From assembly GCF_009914755.1 (NCBI RefSeq), contig NC_060926.1: a stretch of DNA of 64,000 bases, one strand, 5' to 3'. This DNA is from the human T2T-CHM13v2.0 reference genome, Homo sapiens. The position numbers and the translations under genes were made by a program. Below the pieces are notes generated by a model. That model saw only the letters and a list, made by a program, of their open reading frames with translations. It had not been told where the DNA came from and searched no databases. This document shows, piece by piece, positions 63,374 through 64,000 of the stretch (positions are counted from its first letter, which is position 1; each line of letters opens with the position of its first letter).

Positions 63374-64000
63374 GACCCCAACCACGAGGAAAAAAACAAA
63401 ACATGTTGCTGTCCTCTTTCCTCATGGGCACCATCAAAAACCTTCCTTCTAGGGTTTTCACTTACATAGTCTACCAAGGAAACTGCATGCCCATTGGTGC
63501 TGTCCTTTCCATGTGGACTTCGACCTCAGCTTAGCCACTTCTCGGGACTTCGCAGAGAAGCCCCGCAGGCCAGAATAGTTCAGTCCTGCTGGGCACTCAG
63601 CTGACCTCATGTCACTTGGGCTCTGATCCTTATGAGAGACACAGAGGATGGGAGGCAGGGTATGTTATTTTGCTTTTTAACCCAGTACCATTTAACCAAA
63701 TGGAAATACCATTCCCATCTATATGACTCAAAAGATAAAGACAGACCACAGTGGAAGATGTTTTAAGAACTGGCCTGAGGAGTTTCTAGAAGAACCTGAA
63801 ACACGGGATTTCCTGGGAGGACCTCCCCAATCCTCCCTCCTCCTCGCTCCTGGGTCTTGCTTTCTCTCATTTATTTTCTTCATTTCTTCCTTCCCTGTTT
63901 CTTTTTGGCTATGAATTTGCTCTTATATGAAAGAAACTGTACTCACACAGAAAGAAAGTGGAAAGCAAGAAACTGTGACAGTCAATCCTACTGCACTGGC

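Overview
Primate (almost certainly human) genomic DNA inside the AAK1 gene (AP2-associated kinase 1), which is transcribed on the minus strand. The only real coding sequence is one 119-nt kinase-domain exon (5176-5294); the rest is intron, made largely of Alu, L1, L2, MIR, ERVL/MaLR LTRs and MER/Tigger DNA transposon fossils. A Tigger1 fossil (42.9-49.5 kb) hosts two processed pseudogenes, RPL36A-derived (minus) and B3GALNT1-derived (plus). There is a 47-bp x 9 minisatellite beside a strong CTCF motif. I found no new protein-coding or prokaryote-style system. The least obvious signals are: (i) several short local copies of nearby sequence inserted into old repeats, which look like fossil templated DNA-repair events (13.0, 23.2, 53.9, 59.7 kb); (ii) a tiny L1PA insertion with an apparent 3' transduction (60.4 kb); (iii) an Alu plus RPL36A retrocopy bracketed by one target-site duplication (TSD); (iv) an old duplication of a MER96B element with its flank. 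Repeat subfamily names come from remembered consensus sequences and repeat boundaries are approximate.
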